A stretch of 64,000 nucleotides of DNA from Candidatus Iainarchaeum sp. (lineage in GTDB: Archaea > Iainarchaeota > Iainarchaeia > Iainarchaeales > JAAZKV01), in NCBI GenBank assembly GCA_026397015.1, contig JAPLVR010000001.1:1-64000 (forward strand), in the 5' to 3' direction. The notes beneath the pieces are model-generated. The model was given only the letters and a program-made list of their open reading frames with translations, ran no database searches and had not been told where the DNA came from. The position numbers and the translations under genes were made by a program. Within the stretch, counting starts at the first letter, position 1. Each line of letters starts with the position of its first letter. Below are positions 1 to 9,288 of the stretch, in pieces.

Positions 1-74
1 TCAGGAAATCGCTTTGAAGGAAGCCGTTTCTTGTTTTGGCGAAGTTTTAGGCACTACAAGGAAGGTGGACAAAT

Positions 75-350
75 ATGGAAGCGAAAAACCAATTTGTGAA
101 TATCAAGTTTGATGCTGAAAAAATATTGTTCGCATGCAGGGAAAACTTCAGAACATATAACAAGCTGCGTTTGAAAGGAAGAGGAACACGAGACTATCAT
201 TACCTAATCAATGTTCCTCGGCTTTACATCGGAGGGAAGTATTCTCCCGGCAAAAGGTATTCTGTCATGTTTGGAGAGAACAAGGAAAACAACCATCAGT
301 TAGTAGTTATTGATTTGGATGACCAAAAAGAAATTTTGATGAAAAAATAA
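75..350 (+). CDS. Small hypothetical protein, possibly AbrB/swapped-hairpin-like DNA-binding
   Basis: 91-aa ORF with SD-like GAAGGTGG upstream; a degenerate paralogue at 4947-5042 supports coding; fold is inference. Confidence 0.6.
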   Translation: MEAKNQFVNIKFDAEKILFACRENFRTYNKLRLKGRGTRDYHYLINVPRLYIGGKYSPGKRYSVMFGENKENNHQLVVIDLDDQKEILMKK

Positions 351-504
351 TTTTAGGCACTACGCCTCTACAAAACTATAAATATAAGTTAGCACTATAT
401 AGTTTTGAATTGAAAAATTTCGTTCAAAAATTTGCAAACAGGCCTCTTTTGAAAAAAGAAGTTCTTGTTTTTCTAACCTGAGGATTAAAGTTCGGTCCCA
501 GCGT
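345..504 (+). repeat. 160-bp direct repeat, copy 1
   Basis: 150/160 identical to 6019-6178 by manual alignment, no indels; contains inverted repeat CAAAACTATA..TATAGTTTTG; ends in TCGGTCCCAGCG. Confidence 0.95.
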
Positions 505-584
505 GTAACAGAGTTGAACTGGTAGTTCAAAAACTTGAAATTGAATGGAAAAGCATATTAATGCTGAAAGCGTGGTTTTTAAAG

Positions 585-1985
585 ATGGAAAAACTCGTTT
601 TTGGGGGGGTTCTTTTACTGGCGGTTTTTGTATTTCTTTCTGGTTGTACAAGTTCATTTGTTTGTGATACTGTTTTGTGTGACGATGCAAATCCATGTAC
701 AATGGACAGTTGCGCTCAAAATCAATGTCAACATTCAAGTGCATACGACGGAACAAACTGCCCTGATGGAAATTGTCAAAATGGAAAATGCGTTAAAATC
801 CAACAAAGCAATTCAAGATTTGATGACTTGAATTTTTTTATTGTGAAAGTGATTCACAAGAACGTCGGTTTTAATCCGAACATTGATTTTTTAAGTTTCA
901 ACGAATCTGATGTTGCAAACTATTTTGAGCACCTGTCAAAAACCCTAAAATGGTTGACCGGGAACGAGAACAATTCAATCAAATATAAGTTTTTAGAGTA
1001 CCGTGTGGATTATGACTACGTTCCTGGGCAATTTTCTGAATATTTGCCAATCAATGAATCAGATTATGCAAAGATATTGCAGGAAAGCTCGATTGAAAAG
1101 CCGGATGTTGTTGTCCTTTACTTTGAGTCTGTCACAAATAATGCAATTGACGTCGAAACTAATGAGGAAATATTGGGCAAGGATACTCCAGTGATAAAAA
1201 TACAGGTCTTGCCAAAAGCAACTGATGAAGAAACTCTAAAAAGTAATTTGAAGTATTCTTCAATACTGCTGCTTCACGAGATTGCTCACAAGCCAAGGTT
1301 TGGTGGCTTTCTTGACGCGCAATACACCTGGTGCGGCTGGTCAAATCCCACGAACCCCTCAGAATTCCTTCCGTACCTTAATTGTTACTTTCACAGCATT
1401 TATGGTGCAGGAGGGACAGATTACGAATTTCCCCCGTTTTTGGTAAATGTGGGAGGAGCAAAATACCGCACTGTTGAAAGAACTAGCAACAATGAGTATT
1501 TGATTTCAATATCAAATACTTGCAAAAATAATGAAATTTTAAAAATTCCTGATGGAAAAGTTGTTGAACCTCCAAATAGGGAATATTTGGCAAGTTATGT
1601 GTTTACTCTAACCGACAGGCAAAGCTGTGATAATGAATTTCAGGATTTGGATGGTCAAGTGGGGGTAAAGATTTACAGAATATTAGAAGCGACTAAACCT
1701 AATTTTACATCAGAAGGTCAGCCCAATTTTACAGCTTATGAAATCCCATTTAGGTATGAAAAGACACAGAATAATGAATACACTGTATCGAATCCAATAA
1801 CATTCTCTAAAAAATACGCCGGAACTATTCCAAACTTTGGAAGCTGGCATGATATCAGGGAAAGCTATTCCGACGAAAACTTTGAAATTAGTGTAATCAA
1901 TGAAGAAACAACACCGGCTGGGGAAATTCTCTCAACACAATTGAAATTTGTGATAAAAAACGATGAATTAAAAAATTACAGATAA
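585..1985 (+). CDS. Lipoprotein with Cys-rich repeat and HExxH zinc-metalloprotease motif
   Basis: Hydrophobic signal ending LSGC; CDDANPCTMDSC repeat; LLLHEIAH motif. Confidence 0.7.
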   Translation: MEKLVFGGVLLLAVFVFLSGCTSSFVCDTVLCDDANPCTMDSCAQNQCQHSSAYDGTNCPDGNCQNGKCVKIQQSNSRFDDLNFFIVKVIHKNVGFNPNIDFLSFNESDVANYFEHLSKTLKWLTGNENNSIKYKFLEYRVDYDYVPGQFSEYLPINESDYAKILQESSIEKPDVVVLYFESVTNNAIDVETNEEILGKDTPVIKIQVLPKATDEETLKSNLKYSSILLLHEIAHKPRFGGFLDAQYTWCGWSNPTNPSEFLPYLNCYFHSIYGAGGTDYEFPPFLVNVGGAKYRTVERTSNNEYLISISNTCKNNEILKIPDGKVVEPPNREYLASYVFTLTDRQSCDNEFQDLDGQVGVKIYRILEATKPNFTSEGQPNFTAYEIPFRYEKTQNNEYTVSNPITFSKKYAGTIPNFGSWHDIRESYSDENFEISVINEETTPAGEILSTQLKFVIKNDELKNYR

Positions 1986-2158
1986 AATCGGTTAGATTTG
2001 TGACTTCGACCTCGGTCGTAGCGTGTATCGAATATAGACCGGTAGAATGGAAACTTACTATTTTTAGTTTTTGGGGCGGTCGGATCACAAAATTTGTGGG
2101 TTAAATATTGAGGGCCAATTTGCCCACTCAAGCTTCTTTAGAAATTGAGGCGTTTTTT

Positions 2159-2677
2159 TTACTTTAGAACATAGTTTGTTAAATACCAAAAGAGCAATCC
2201 TGAAATTATCATTACGATAATTAGGATTATTTGTTTTCTTTTTTCTTTTTTGGGTAATTTAGACCATTTTGTGTTGATGTACTTGTTGCCGTATTTGGCT
2301 GTTTCTGTCCAATATTTGAAGCCCACCACACACCATATGGCAAGGATTATTCCGAATGAGATGAGAACAAGTGTGAATGGGATTATCGAGAGCAACCACA
2401 GGATTGGAATAATAAAAAGCAATGGAAGGGTAATTAGGTAAGTTTTGCCAAATATTTTAAGTGCTTTAAAATATCCATTGTCTTCTTTCGATTTCGATCC
2501 GAATTTTGTAAGACTGTATGAAAGTAGCAACATTCCGATTATCCAAACGAAATAACCAATGTTTTGTAGGGGGTCACTTTGAATTTTTTTTCCAATTAAC
2601 GGGAGGATTATGCCTAAAGCAAAAAGAAGAATTCCAACTATTGCAGACAAAGGTTGTTTATTTTCTTCTTTCATCAA
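2159..2677 (-). CDS. Multi-pass membrane protein, unknown function
   Basis: About 5 hydrophobic segments in 172 aa. Confidence 0.7.
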   Translation of the reverse strand: MMKEENKQPLSAIVGILLFALGIILPLIGKKIQSDPLQNIGYFVWIIGMLLLSYSLTKFGSKSKEDNGYFKALKIFGKTYLITLPLLFIIPILWLLSIIPFTLVLISFGIILAIWCVVGFKYWTETAKYGNKYINTKWSKLPKKEKRKQIILIIVMIISGLLFWYLTNYVLK

Positions 2678-2757
2678 ATAAGCAGTATATTGAAAGTTGT
2701 TTATATAGCTTTGCAGGCGCTTATTTTTTAGTTCTTTTAGGGTTTTTGTGCAAATGC

Positions 2758-3324
2758 TTATTCTTTATTCTCCACTTGTTTTAGTATTGTACTTAATCGC
2801 ATGGGTTTGTAATTCAAGAGTTCGCAACTAACATTAATTGTTTTATTTATCCGATTAACCAAAGGATATTTTTCTGTATTCTTGTTGTGGCAATGACCAT
2901 GGATCATCCAGTCATGCCAATCAAGCGGCTTATTTGCTGGGTTGTGAGTAACAAAAAATCGTTGTCCTTGAAAAATTATTATGAGTTCTTTTGGCGCATT
3001 AAAGTTTTTTGAGTCGTGGTTGCCTTTGATAAAAATAATTTTTCCTTTAAGCAAAGAAAGCCAGTTTTCTAATTCTTTTTTATGCCCCAGAAACAAGTCT
3101 CCCACAAAAATCACCAAATCATTTTCTTCAACAACAGCATTCCAATTTCGTATCAAAAATTTGTTCATTTCTTCAATTGATTTAAACGGCCTGTTTGAAT
3201 ATTTGATAATGTTTTTGTGGCTTAAATGAAAATCACTAATCATAAAAGGGTCTTTGTCAAGTTTTATTTCAGCAATTTTTTTTGTGCCTTCCTTGAAAGT
3301 CAGTAACACAAATTTCTCATTCAT
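2758..3324 (-). CDS. Calcineurin-like metallophosphoesterase
   Basis: SDFH, GDL, GNHD, THNP, HGHCH motifs. Confidence 0.9.
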   Translation of the reverse strand: MNEKFVLLTFKEGTKKIAEIKLDKDPFMISDFHLSHKNIIKYSNRPFKSIEEMNKFLIRNWNAVVEENDLVIFVGDLFLGHKKELENWLSLLKGKIIFIKGNHDSKNFNAPKELIIIFQGQRFFVTHNPANKPLDWHDWMIHGHCHNKNTEKYPLVNRINKTINVSCELLNYKPMRLSTILKQVENKE

Positions 3325-3351
3325 GCAAAATCACTTTGTTTGGCTGATTTA

Positions 3352-4275
3352 TTAGAGTTTTACGAATTCATCGCATATTTTTATTAGGTTGGGTTCAATT
3401 TTTGTTTTAAATTTTTCAAAGTCTTTTGGGTCATATTTTTTTATGGCAAGGTCTGATATTTTTTCAGTGCTTTTGAAGAAATTCTTTTCTTTTAGTAGTA
3501 ATAGTTTTTCTGGAATGGTTTTGTCTATTTCTCTTTTGATTAGGGAAGAGCTTTTTATTTTTTCAACAACTTTTTTAGGGTCAATTTTTAGTGAGTTGGG
3601 TATTAAGTAGAGGTCAAATAAGTCTCTTTCCATTAATGTTTTTCTTGTTAGTAATGCACGATATTTTTCTAGAATTATTTCTTCGATTGGGTAACTTAGG
3701 ACTTTGAAATTGTTTGGGGTTAATCCAAGGATGAACAATAATTCTTTTGAGTCAAAATAATCTGTTATGTTTTTTATTCTCATTTCTTTTGGGGGGTAAA
3801 TTAGTTTTTCTATGAAGTTTATTTCGATTTTTATGTATCTTTTGTTATCATAGTATAGTCTGAATGTGTAGACTGTTCTGCCATGCAGTATTGAACAGTA
3901 CTTAGTGTCCGAACGATTAGCACTAAACTCGAGTCCAAGAACATCAGCCACTTTTTTTAAGTTTGGGGCAAACAAGTCGATGAAAGCTTTGATTTTTTTC
4001 TCTCTTGTTTTTCTTGGAAGTTTGCTTAATAATTCGGATTCTTTGTAAACAAAGTCAAGGTCTTCTGAGAATCTGTGGTATTCTAAATAATTTCTCGCTA
4101 AGAGGGTGCCGCCTTTGAATACTAGTTCGTTAAAAACTCCTTTTTCTTTTTGAAACTCGGCTAATAATAGTGTGAGAAGCAAGTCTTTTGAGATTATTTC
4201 ATCAGAAGCCTCTAAACCGAGTTTTGACTTCACTTCGGCGACATATTTTTGTATGTTTATTTCATTCCAACCCAT
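3352..4275 (-). CDS. AbiEii/AbiGii-family nucleotidyltransferase toxin
   Basis: FKGGT, HRFSEDLDF, KIEI, EK..A, RDLFD motifs. Confidence 0.9.
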   Translation of the reverse strand: MGWNEINIQKYVAEVKSKLGLEASDEIISKDLLLTLLLAEFQKEKGVFNELVFKGGTLLARNYLEYHRFSEDLDFVYKESELLSKLPRKTREKKIKAFIDLFAPNLKKVADVLGLEFSANRSDTKYCSILHGRTVYTFRLYYDNKRYIKIEINFIEKLIYPPKEMRIKNITDYFDSKELLFILGLTPNNFKVLSYPIEEIILEKYRALLTRKTLMERDLFDLYLIPNSLKIDPKKVVEKIKSSSLIKREIDKTIPEKLLLLKEKNFFKSTEKISDLAIKKYDPKDFEKFKTKIEPNLIKICDEFVKL

Positions 4276-4901
4276 TTTGGATACCTCTTAATGTATTTTT
4301 TTGTTTCTTTGATACGAATTAGTTTATTGCTAATCTTTAGGTAAGTCATGTCAAGATAGGTTTTTGCCGGCAATGAATAAAAATACTTGACTTGATTTTT
4401 TGTTTTTGATGATCCTAACCCAAAAAACAAATTTTCTTTTATTTTACAAAACCTTGCTTTTAGTCCGACAACTTTTTTTATTCCACTAAATTTGTTATTC
4501 AAAATAGTGATTGTGTTGGGTAATTGCCACGTTGTGCCTGAAATGTATAAAGCATAATCTGACCCAACATACCATTTTATTTTCAGTTCATTCAGAACCA
4601 AAAATAAGAGTTCTTTATCTTCATAATTACAAACATTTCTATTTCTTTCATCAAAAGAATTGACGTAATAATATCCGGAAATAATTCTTTTTATATAATT
4701 GTGCCTGGATAAATATTTTATCGCGTTTTTATCATCCAATGTGTGGCCAAAACTTTTGTTGTATTCCTTTACAATGGCAAGAATTTCCCTTTTGTGCATT
4801 ATCCGTTGTTTTGAATTAAGAAGTTTTTCAAAAATAACAATTATTTTTTTCATATTATTATGTGTGCGAACCATATATATAAACCTTCCTTTTTGTTTCA
4901 T
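4257..4901 (-). CDS. AbiEi-like antitoxin (wHTH); true start may be slightly downstream
   Basis: Overlaps the AbiEii start; IKRIISGYYYV wHTH wing and PAKTYLD motif. Confidence 0.75.
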   Translation of the reverse strand: MKQKGRFIYMVRTHNNMKKIIVIFEKLLNSKQRIMHKREILAIVKEYNKSFGHTLDDKNAIKYLSRHNYIKRIISGYYYVNSFDERNRNVCNYEDKELLFLVLNELKIKWYVGSDYALYISGTTWQLPNTITILNNKFSGIKKVVGLKARFCKIKENLFFGLGSSKTKNQVKYFYSLPAKTYLDMTYLKISNKLIRIKETKKYIKRYPKWVGMK

Positions 4902-4946
4902 AAAGTGTCATAAAGTAACACTTTTTAAAACAGCATAAAATTGACT

Positions 4947-5042
4947 TTAATCAGCGTGCCCAACTTGTACATTGGTGGAAAGTATTTTCCAAGCAAAAGG
5001 TGTTCTGTCACGTTTGGAGAGAACAAAGAAAACAACCACTAA
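4947..5042 (+). pseudogene. Truncated paralogue of ORF 75-350
   Basis: Translates LISVPNLYIGGKYFPSKRCSVTFGENKENNH* versus LINVPRLYIGGKYSPGKRYSVMFGENKENNHQ. Confidence 0.9.
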
Positions 5043-5202
5043 TGGTAGTACAAAAGTGGCGACGTGGTTAATTCTTTTAGATATTTTGGCAAAAATTGGT
5101 GCTTATGGTGGGCATACCAACCCAACCTATCCATAAATCTGGATATATCCATAATTACAGATATGTCAACCATTTGCCTTAAAGTCAGGCAAATCGAATT
5201 GT

Positions 5203-5859
5203 TTAGTCTACTGGGATTTGTATTTTGCTTAAGTAGTATTTTTTTGTGTCTATGTTCATTAGGCATAGGCGTCCGTTGTATCCTGCTCCGCAATCTAGTA
5301 AGTATAGGTTGTTGAATTTTATTGGTTCCATTGGGCCGTATAATTGTGTTGTTGTGTGTCCTATGTATACTTCTTTGAAATTTGGGATTGTGTTGCCTTT
5401 TTGCACAAACTCAATGATGTCGCGGTCCCATACAAGGAGGTGTGGTGGTGTTTTTTCTATTTTTTTGTTATGCCATACGTCAAAACCCCCGTGCACAAAA
5501 AGTTTGTCACCGTCTTCAATATGGTAATAGACTCCTCCGTCAAAGAACTTTTTATGCGATTCTGGAATGCCGTCCTTATACGATCTAATTGTGGCGGCTC
5601 CGCCTTGGCTAGTCCAAATATATTCAATTATTCCTTTTTTGTATGAATCAATAAACCAAATATCGTGGTTCCCAGTGATAAATATTTTGTTTTTTATTTT
5701 TAGCAATTCATCAACGGCTTCTTTTGATTCACCTCCGCCATCCACAATGTCTCCAAGAATAATTAATTTATCTTTGGTATAATTAAATTTAGCTTTGTTA
5801 AGGACTTCTCTCAAAGCAGTCGCACGACCATGGATATCTCCAATTACAAATCTTTTCAT
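5203..5859 (-). CDS. Metallophosphoesterase, PPP/ApaH-like Ser/Thr phosphatase family
   Basis: GDIHG, GDIVD, GNHD, VHGG, GHT, DCGA motifs. Confidence 0.9.
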   Translation of the reverse strand: MKRFVIGDIHGRATALREVLNKAKFNYTKDKLIILGDIVDGGGESKEAVDELLKIKNKIFITGNHDIWFIDSYKKGIIEYIWTSQGGAATIRSYKDGIPESHKKFFDGGVYYHIEDGDKLFVHGGFDVWHNKKIEKTPPHLLVWDRDIIEFVQKGNTIPNFKEVYIGHTTTQLYGPMEPIKFNNLYLLDCGAGYNGRLCLMNIDTKKYYLSKIQIPVD

Positions 5860-6018
5860 TTTTTCGCCCCTCTTAAAAAGTTCTGTGGGATTTGAATAAA
5901 AGCGTTTCCGGACTTCTGTGCCGGTGCGATGCCGAAACGTTTTTATTCTTGGAAAGCGATTGTTTTAAGAATCGGATATTTGAGATTGAATTGCAAAAAG
6001 ATTTTAGCAGGAAAATAC

Positions 6019-6178
6019 AAATAACTTTAAGCACTACACCTCTGCAAAACTATAAATATAAGTTAGCACTATATAGTTTTGAATTGAAAAATTTTGTTCT
6101 AAAATTTGCAAACTGGCTTCTTTTGAAAAAAGAAGTTCTTGTTTTTCTAAGCTGAGGATTGAAGTTCGGTCCCAGCGT
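6019..6178 (+). repeat. 160-bp direct repeat, copy 2
   Basis: Matches 345-504. Confidence 0.95.
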
Positions 6179-6251
6179 TTTGTAGAAACAATTAAAAACA
6201 ACGGAAGATAGAACTGTTTCATTGTTGTATCAATTGCAGGGCGGTGATGGC

Positions 6252-6383
6252 ATGGGTGGAGTGATTAAACGGATTGGACGTGCACTTGGGTTGAGAGGCA
6301 GCAGGAGCCGCATCGGCGAAAGACCGAGCGATAGAAGGGCGCGTGCGCGCAAAAGATTGGCGACACAAAAGGCGTGGAAGTAA
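6252..6383 (+). CDS. 43-aa Arg-rich orphan (below ORF-track cutoff)
   Basis: GGTGA SD upstream; MGGVIKRIGRALGLRGSRSRIGERPSDRRARARKRLATQKAWK*. Confidence 0.55.
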   Translation: MGGVIKRIGRALGLRGSRSRIGERPSDRRARARKRLATQKAWK

Positions 6384-6400
6384 AATAGTTTTTTTGTTTT

Positions 6401-8797
6401 TTATTCTACGCTGTCGGTGTAGTGACCCCGCGTAAATTTGGCGTATTTTTTTTGCGGATTTTTTCCAGCGAGCTTTTCTTCTAAGTAAGCAAGTATTTGC
6501 GCGGCTTCTTCTTTTTTGGTTTCGGTAAAATCCAATGCAATCGAATCGAACCGTGAGAATTTTTCTAATTCAAAAATCATATCAACCGGCATAGGGTTGT
6601 AGATGCGCAAAATTCCCTCCCTATCAAAGGATATTTTGTATTCGAATTTTTTTCTGTCTTCAAGGGACCATTCTTTTTCGCGCATTTTTTCCTGCTTTGA
6701 ATACGCCTTGGATGTCATTAGCACGGGATAAAAGAAAACCAGCGGCGCCAGTTTTTCCCCGAACGCGAGATTTTCAATTTCCTTTAGAGAAAGTTCAACA
6801 GAAGGAACTATTTTCTGTGCGCCCATTTCAACCATCATCTGGACTGAGAATGAGTTGAAGATGTTAAGCTCCCTGTCAACCAGAAATTCCGATTTGTTTT
6901 GAATCGTTTTCTGAAGCGCCCCCAAATTCGAGCACATAATTTTTTTATTTTTTAAGATATACTTTTTTTCGAATTCTTCAAGAGAATTATCGCTTTGTAT
7001 GTTAGGGGGTTTTACAAAAACATTTTTTCCGCCAAGCATTGCCCCGATTTTTTCAATTTCATTTTCGCCCACCAAATCGTAAAGCACGGTTGAGCCTGCA
7101 ATTTTTTTCGCGTCTGAAGAAATTTCATTGTTTTCCCTGTTTAGGAAAATAATGATTTCCTGGTTTTTTCCGCCTTTTTGAACATTTTGAGAATCGATGT
7201 TTTTGTTTTCTTTTTTGATTAGTGAAAATATTTTTTTCTTTTTCTCTTCAAATTCTTTTTCATCGACTTTTTTTCTGTTTGCCCCGAAAAGCTCTTCTCT
7301 CATTTTGCTTAAAATAAAATTTTTGAGTTTTCTCAGCTGGCTCAGCGGAACGAAGGGGTTTCCTCTTATTTTGCAGCTGAAATTTTTGGGCTCGAAGAAA
7401 TCGTTTGATTTGAAAAGTTTTTCTTTCAGCATTCCTTCGCTTGTTTGCGCGGTTCTGGACTCAGCAGGCGTAAAATCAAACTCTATTTTTAGTTTTTTTC
7501 CTCCGAATGTTGCTGTTGCCTCAATTTTTTTGCCCGTTTCAACATTCACATCAAGGTTGTAATCGGCGCCTTTGCTTCTCGCAAGCGAGCTATATGCAAA
7601 ATCATTCAGTTTCTGCGTCCAGGTGAAATATAATTTGTCCCCTTTTTGCAGGTAGGGGCGCTGGCTCGGCTCAACAGCAATAAATTCTCCAACAAATGCG
7701 CGCGGAATTTCTTCCCCTTTTTTGTATATTTTGTGCACATTGAAATTCTTCACTTCGTCTCCGTTTATTAGTGATAATTTATCCCATCTTTGCAATTTTT
7801 CATGCAGCTTTAATGTAATCAGTTCTTTGTTGAAGCCAAGCACTTCCGCCGCAAGAACCCCTTTTCTCGCCGAACTTTCCGGAGAAGTCATTTCTTCTTC
7901 TCCGAACGCGTATCCGTTTGTGTTTTCCCTCAAAAAAGCGATTTTCACGAGGTCTATGTCTTCTTTTGTAGGGCCTTTGCCTTCTCCAAGCGCCGCATCA
8001 ATAGCCAGCCTGTATGCTTTTGCCGTAGCGGCTGCATAACCAACTCCTTTCAGCCTTCCTTCTATTTTGAACGTGCCGACCCCTGCGTCGATGAGCTCCT
8101 TCACTTTGTCAATCGTCATGAGGTCCTTCATTGACAGCACATACCCTGATTTTCTGCCCGTAAATTTTTGATTTCCGTTCGGCGTCATTGAATATGGAAG
8201 CCTGCATGGCTGTAGGCACATTCCTCTATTTCCGGATTTGTTGAATGCAAAGCTGCTGAACAGGCACTGGCCGGAGTATGAGAAGCATAAGGCGCCATGA
8301 ACAAAGCATTCTATTTTTGCTTTGGTGCTTTTTTTTATTTCTTTTATTTCGTTCAAGCTCAATTCTCGCGCGAGAACAATTTTTTTTATTCCTATTCCTT
8401 CCAAAAATTTCGCGCCCGCAGAATTGTGGCAGGTCATTTGCGTTGAGGCATCCAATTCAAGCTCCGGAAGAAGTTTGCGCAGCACTTTTATCAAACCCAA
8501 ATCCTGCACAATTATAGCATCTATTCCGGCTTCATAGGCATGTTTCGCGATTTCAATTGCATCTTCCATTTCCGAATCCTTTATTAGTGTGTTCAGTGTC
8601 AAGTAAGCCTTTTTTTTGTGCAAATGGCAGAAATCAATCGCGTCTTTCATATTTTCTTCTGAAAAATTTTCCGCGGGCATTCTTGCGTTGAATTTTTTTG
8701 CGCCGAAATAAACAGCATCCGCACCGTTCAGAACGGCAGCCTTCAGCATGTCAAGATTTCCGGCGGGAAGCATTAATTCCGGTTTTTTCTTTTCCAT
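6401..8797 (-). CDS. Peptidase U32 family protein, long RlhA-like form
   Basis: PELMLPAG, GADAVY, ASTQ, HGALCFSYSGQC, NRGMCLQPCR, FKIEGR; long C-terminal extension. Confidence 0.9.
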   Translation of the reverse strand: MEKKKPELMLPAGNLDMLKAAVLNGADAVYFGAKKFNARMPAENFSEENMKDAIDFCHLHKKKAYLTLNTLIKDSEMEDAIEIAKHAYEAGIDAIIVQDLGLIKVLRKLLPELELDASTQMTCHNSAGAKFLEGIGIKKIVLARELSLNEIKEIKKSTKAKIECFVHGALCFSYSGQCLFSSFAFNKSGNRGMCLQPCRLPYSMTPNGNQKFTGRKSGYVLSMKDLMTIDKVKELIDAGVGTFKIEGRLKGVGYAAATAKAYRLAIDAALGEGKGPTKEDIDLVKIAFLRENTNGYAFGEEEMTSPESSARKGVLAAEVLGFNKELITLKLHEKLQRWDKLSLINGDEVKNFNVHKIYKKGEEIPRAFVGEFIAVEPSQRPYLQKGDKLYFTWTQKLNDFAYSSLARSKGADYNLDVNVETGKKIEATATFGGKKLKIEFDFTPAESRTAQTSEGMLKEKLFKSNDFFEPKNFSCKIRGNPFVPLSQLRKLKNFILSKMREELFGANRKKVDEKEFEEKKKKIFSLIKKENKNIDSQNVQKGGKNQEIIIFLNRENNEISSDAKKIAGSTVLYDLVGENEIEKIGAMLGGKNVFVKPPNIQSDNSLEEFEKKYILKNKKIMCSNLGALQKTIQNKSEFLVDRELNIFNSFSVQMMVEMGAQKIVPSVELSLKEIENLAFGEKLAPLVFFYPVLMTSKAYSKQEKMREKEWSLEDRKKFEYKISFDREGILRIYNPMPVDMIFELEKFSRFDSIALDFTETKKEEAAQILAYLEEKLAGKNPQKKYAKFTRGHYTDSVE

Positions 8798-8893
8798 TTG
8801 GACACTTTAAAGATTGCGCATTGGATTTGTTTAAAAATCAAATGCATTAAATTAACATTATTGCCTTTTAGTTGCCTGGGAATGGTGTTTTAA

Positions 8894-9280
8894 ATGTCTA
8901 ATATTGATTCAATGATTTATACCGGAAAAATGGAAAAAAAAATTCTCAAGCTGGTTTTTTCCGAGGACGACGATGTTGTTTCCTGTGTCAAGCAGGCGAT
9001 GGTTGACAACAATCTTAGGGAATGTAAGGTCGTGGATGTTTCAGGGGTTCTCAAAGAAGCCTCGATAAGCTGCTTCGAGGGCAACAAGTATAAAAAAATG
9101 GATTTGAAGAATAAGGAAATAGTAGGAGTTTCCGGCGTGTTTAGGTTCGGCGGCGGAGACCTTTGGGGCAACATGAGAATTTTAACTGCGGGCGCAAAAT
9201 CAACAAATGGAACTCTTATTTCCGGCAAAGCCGCGGAAGGATTCACGCTCGGACTTTCTTTTATGCAAGAAGTGAAATAG
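8894..9280 (+). CDS. PPC/DUF296-like protein (degenerate)
   Basis: Size and EIVGVSG..G..L....GTL pattern; HxH motif absent. Confidence 0.55.
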   Translation: MSNIDSMIYTGKMEKKILKLVFSEDDDVVSCVKQAMVDNNLRECKVVDVSGVLKEASISCFEGNKYKKMDLKNKEIVGVSGVFRFGGGDLWGNMRILTAGAKSTNGTLISGKAAEGFTLGLSFMQEVK

Positions 9281-9288
9281 GCAGCCGG

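Noticed and set aside
472-1997. Integron attC cores (TCTAAC at 472, GTTAGA at 1991)
   Set aside because: They are 1.5 kb apart rather than in one hairpin, and no integron integrase is present
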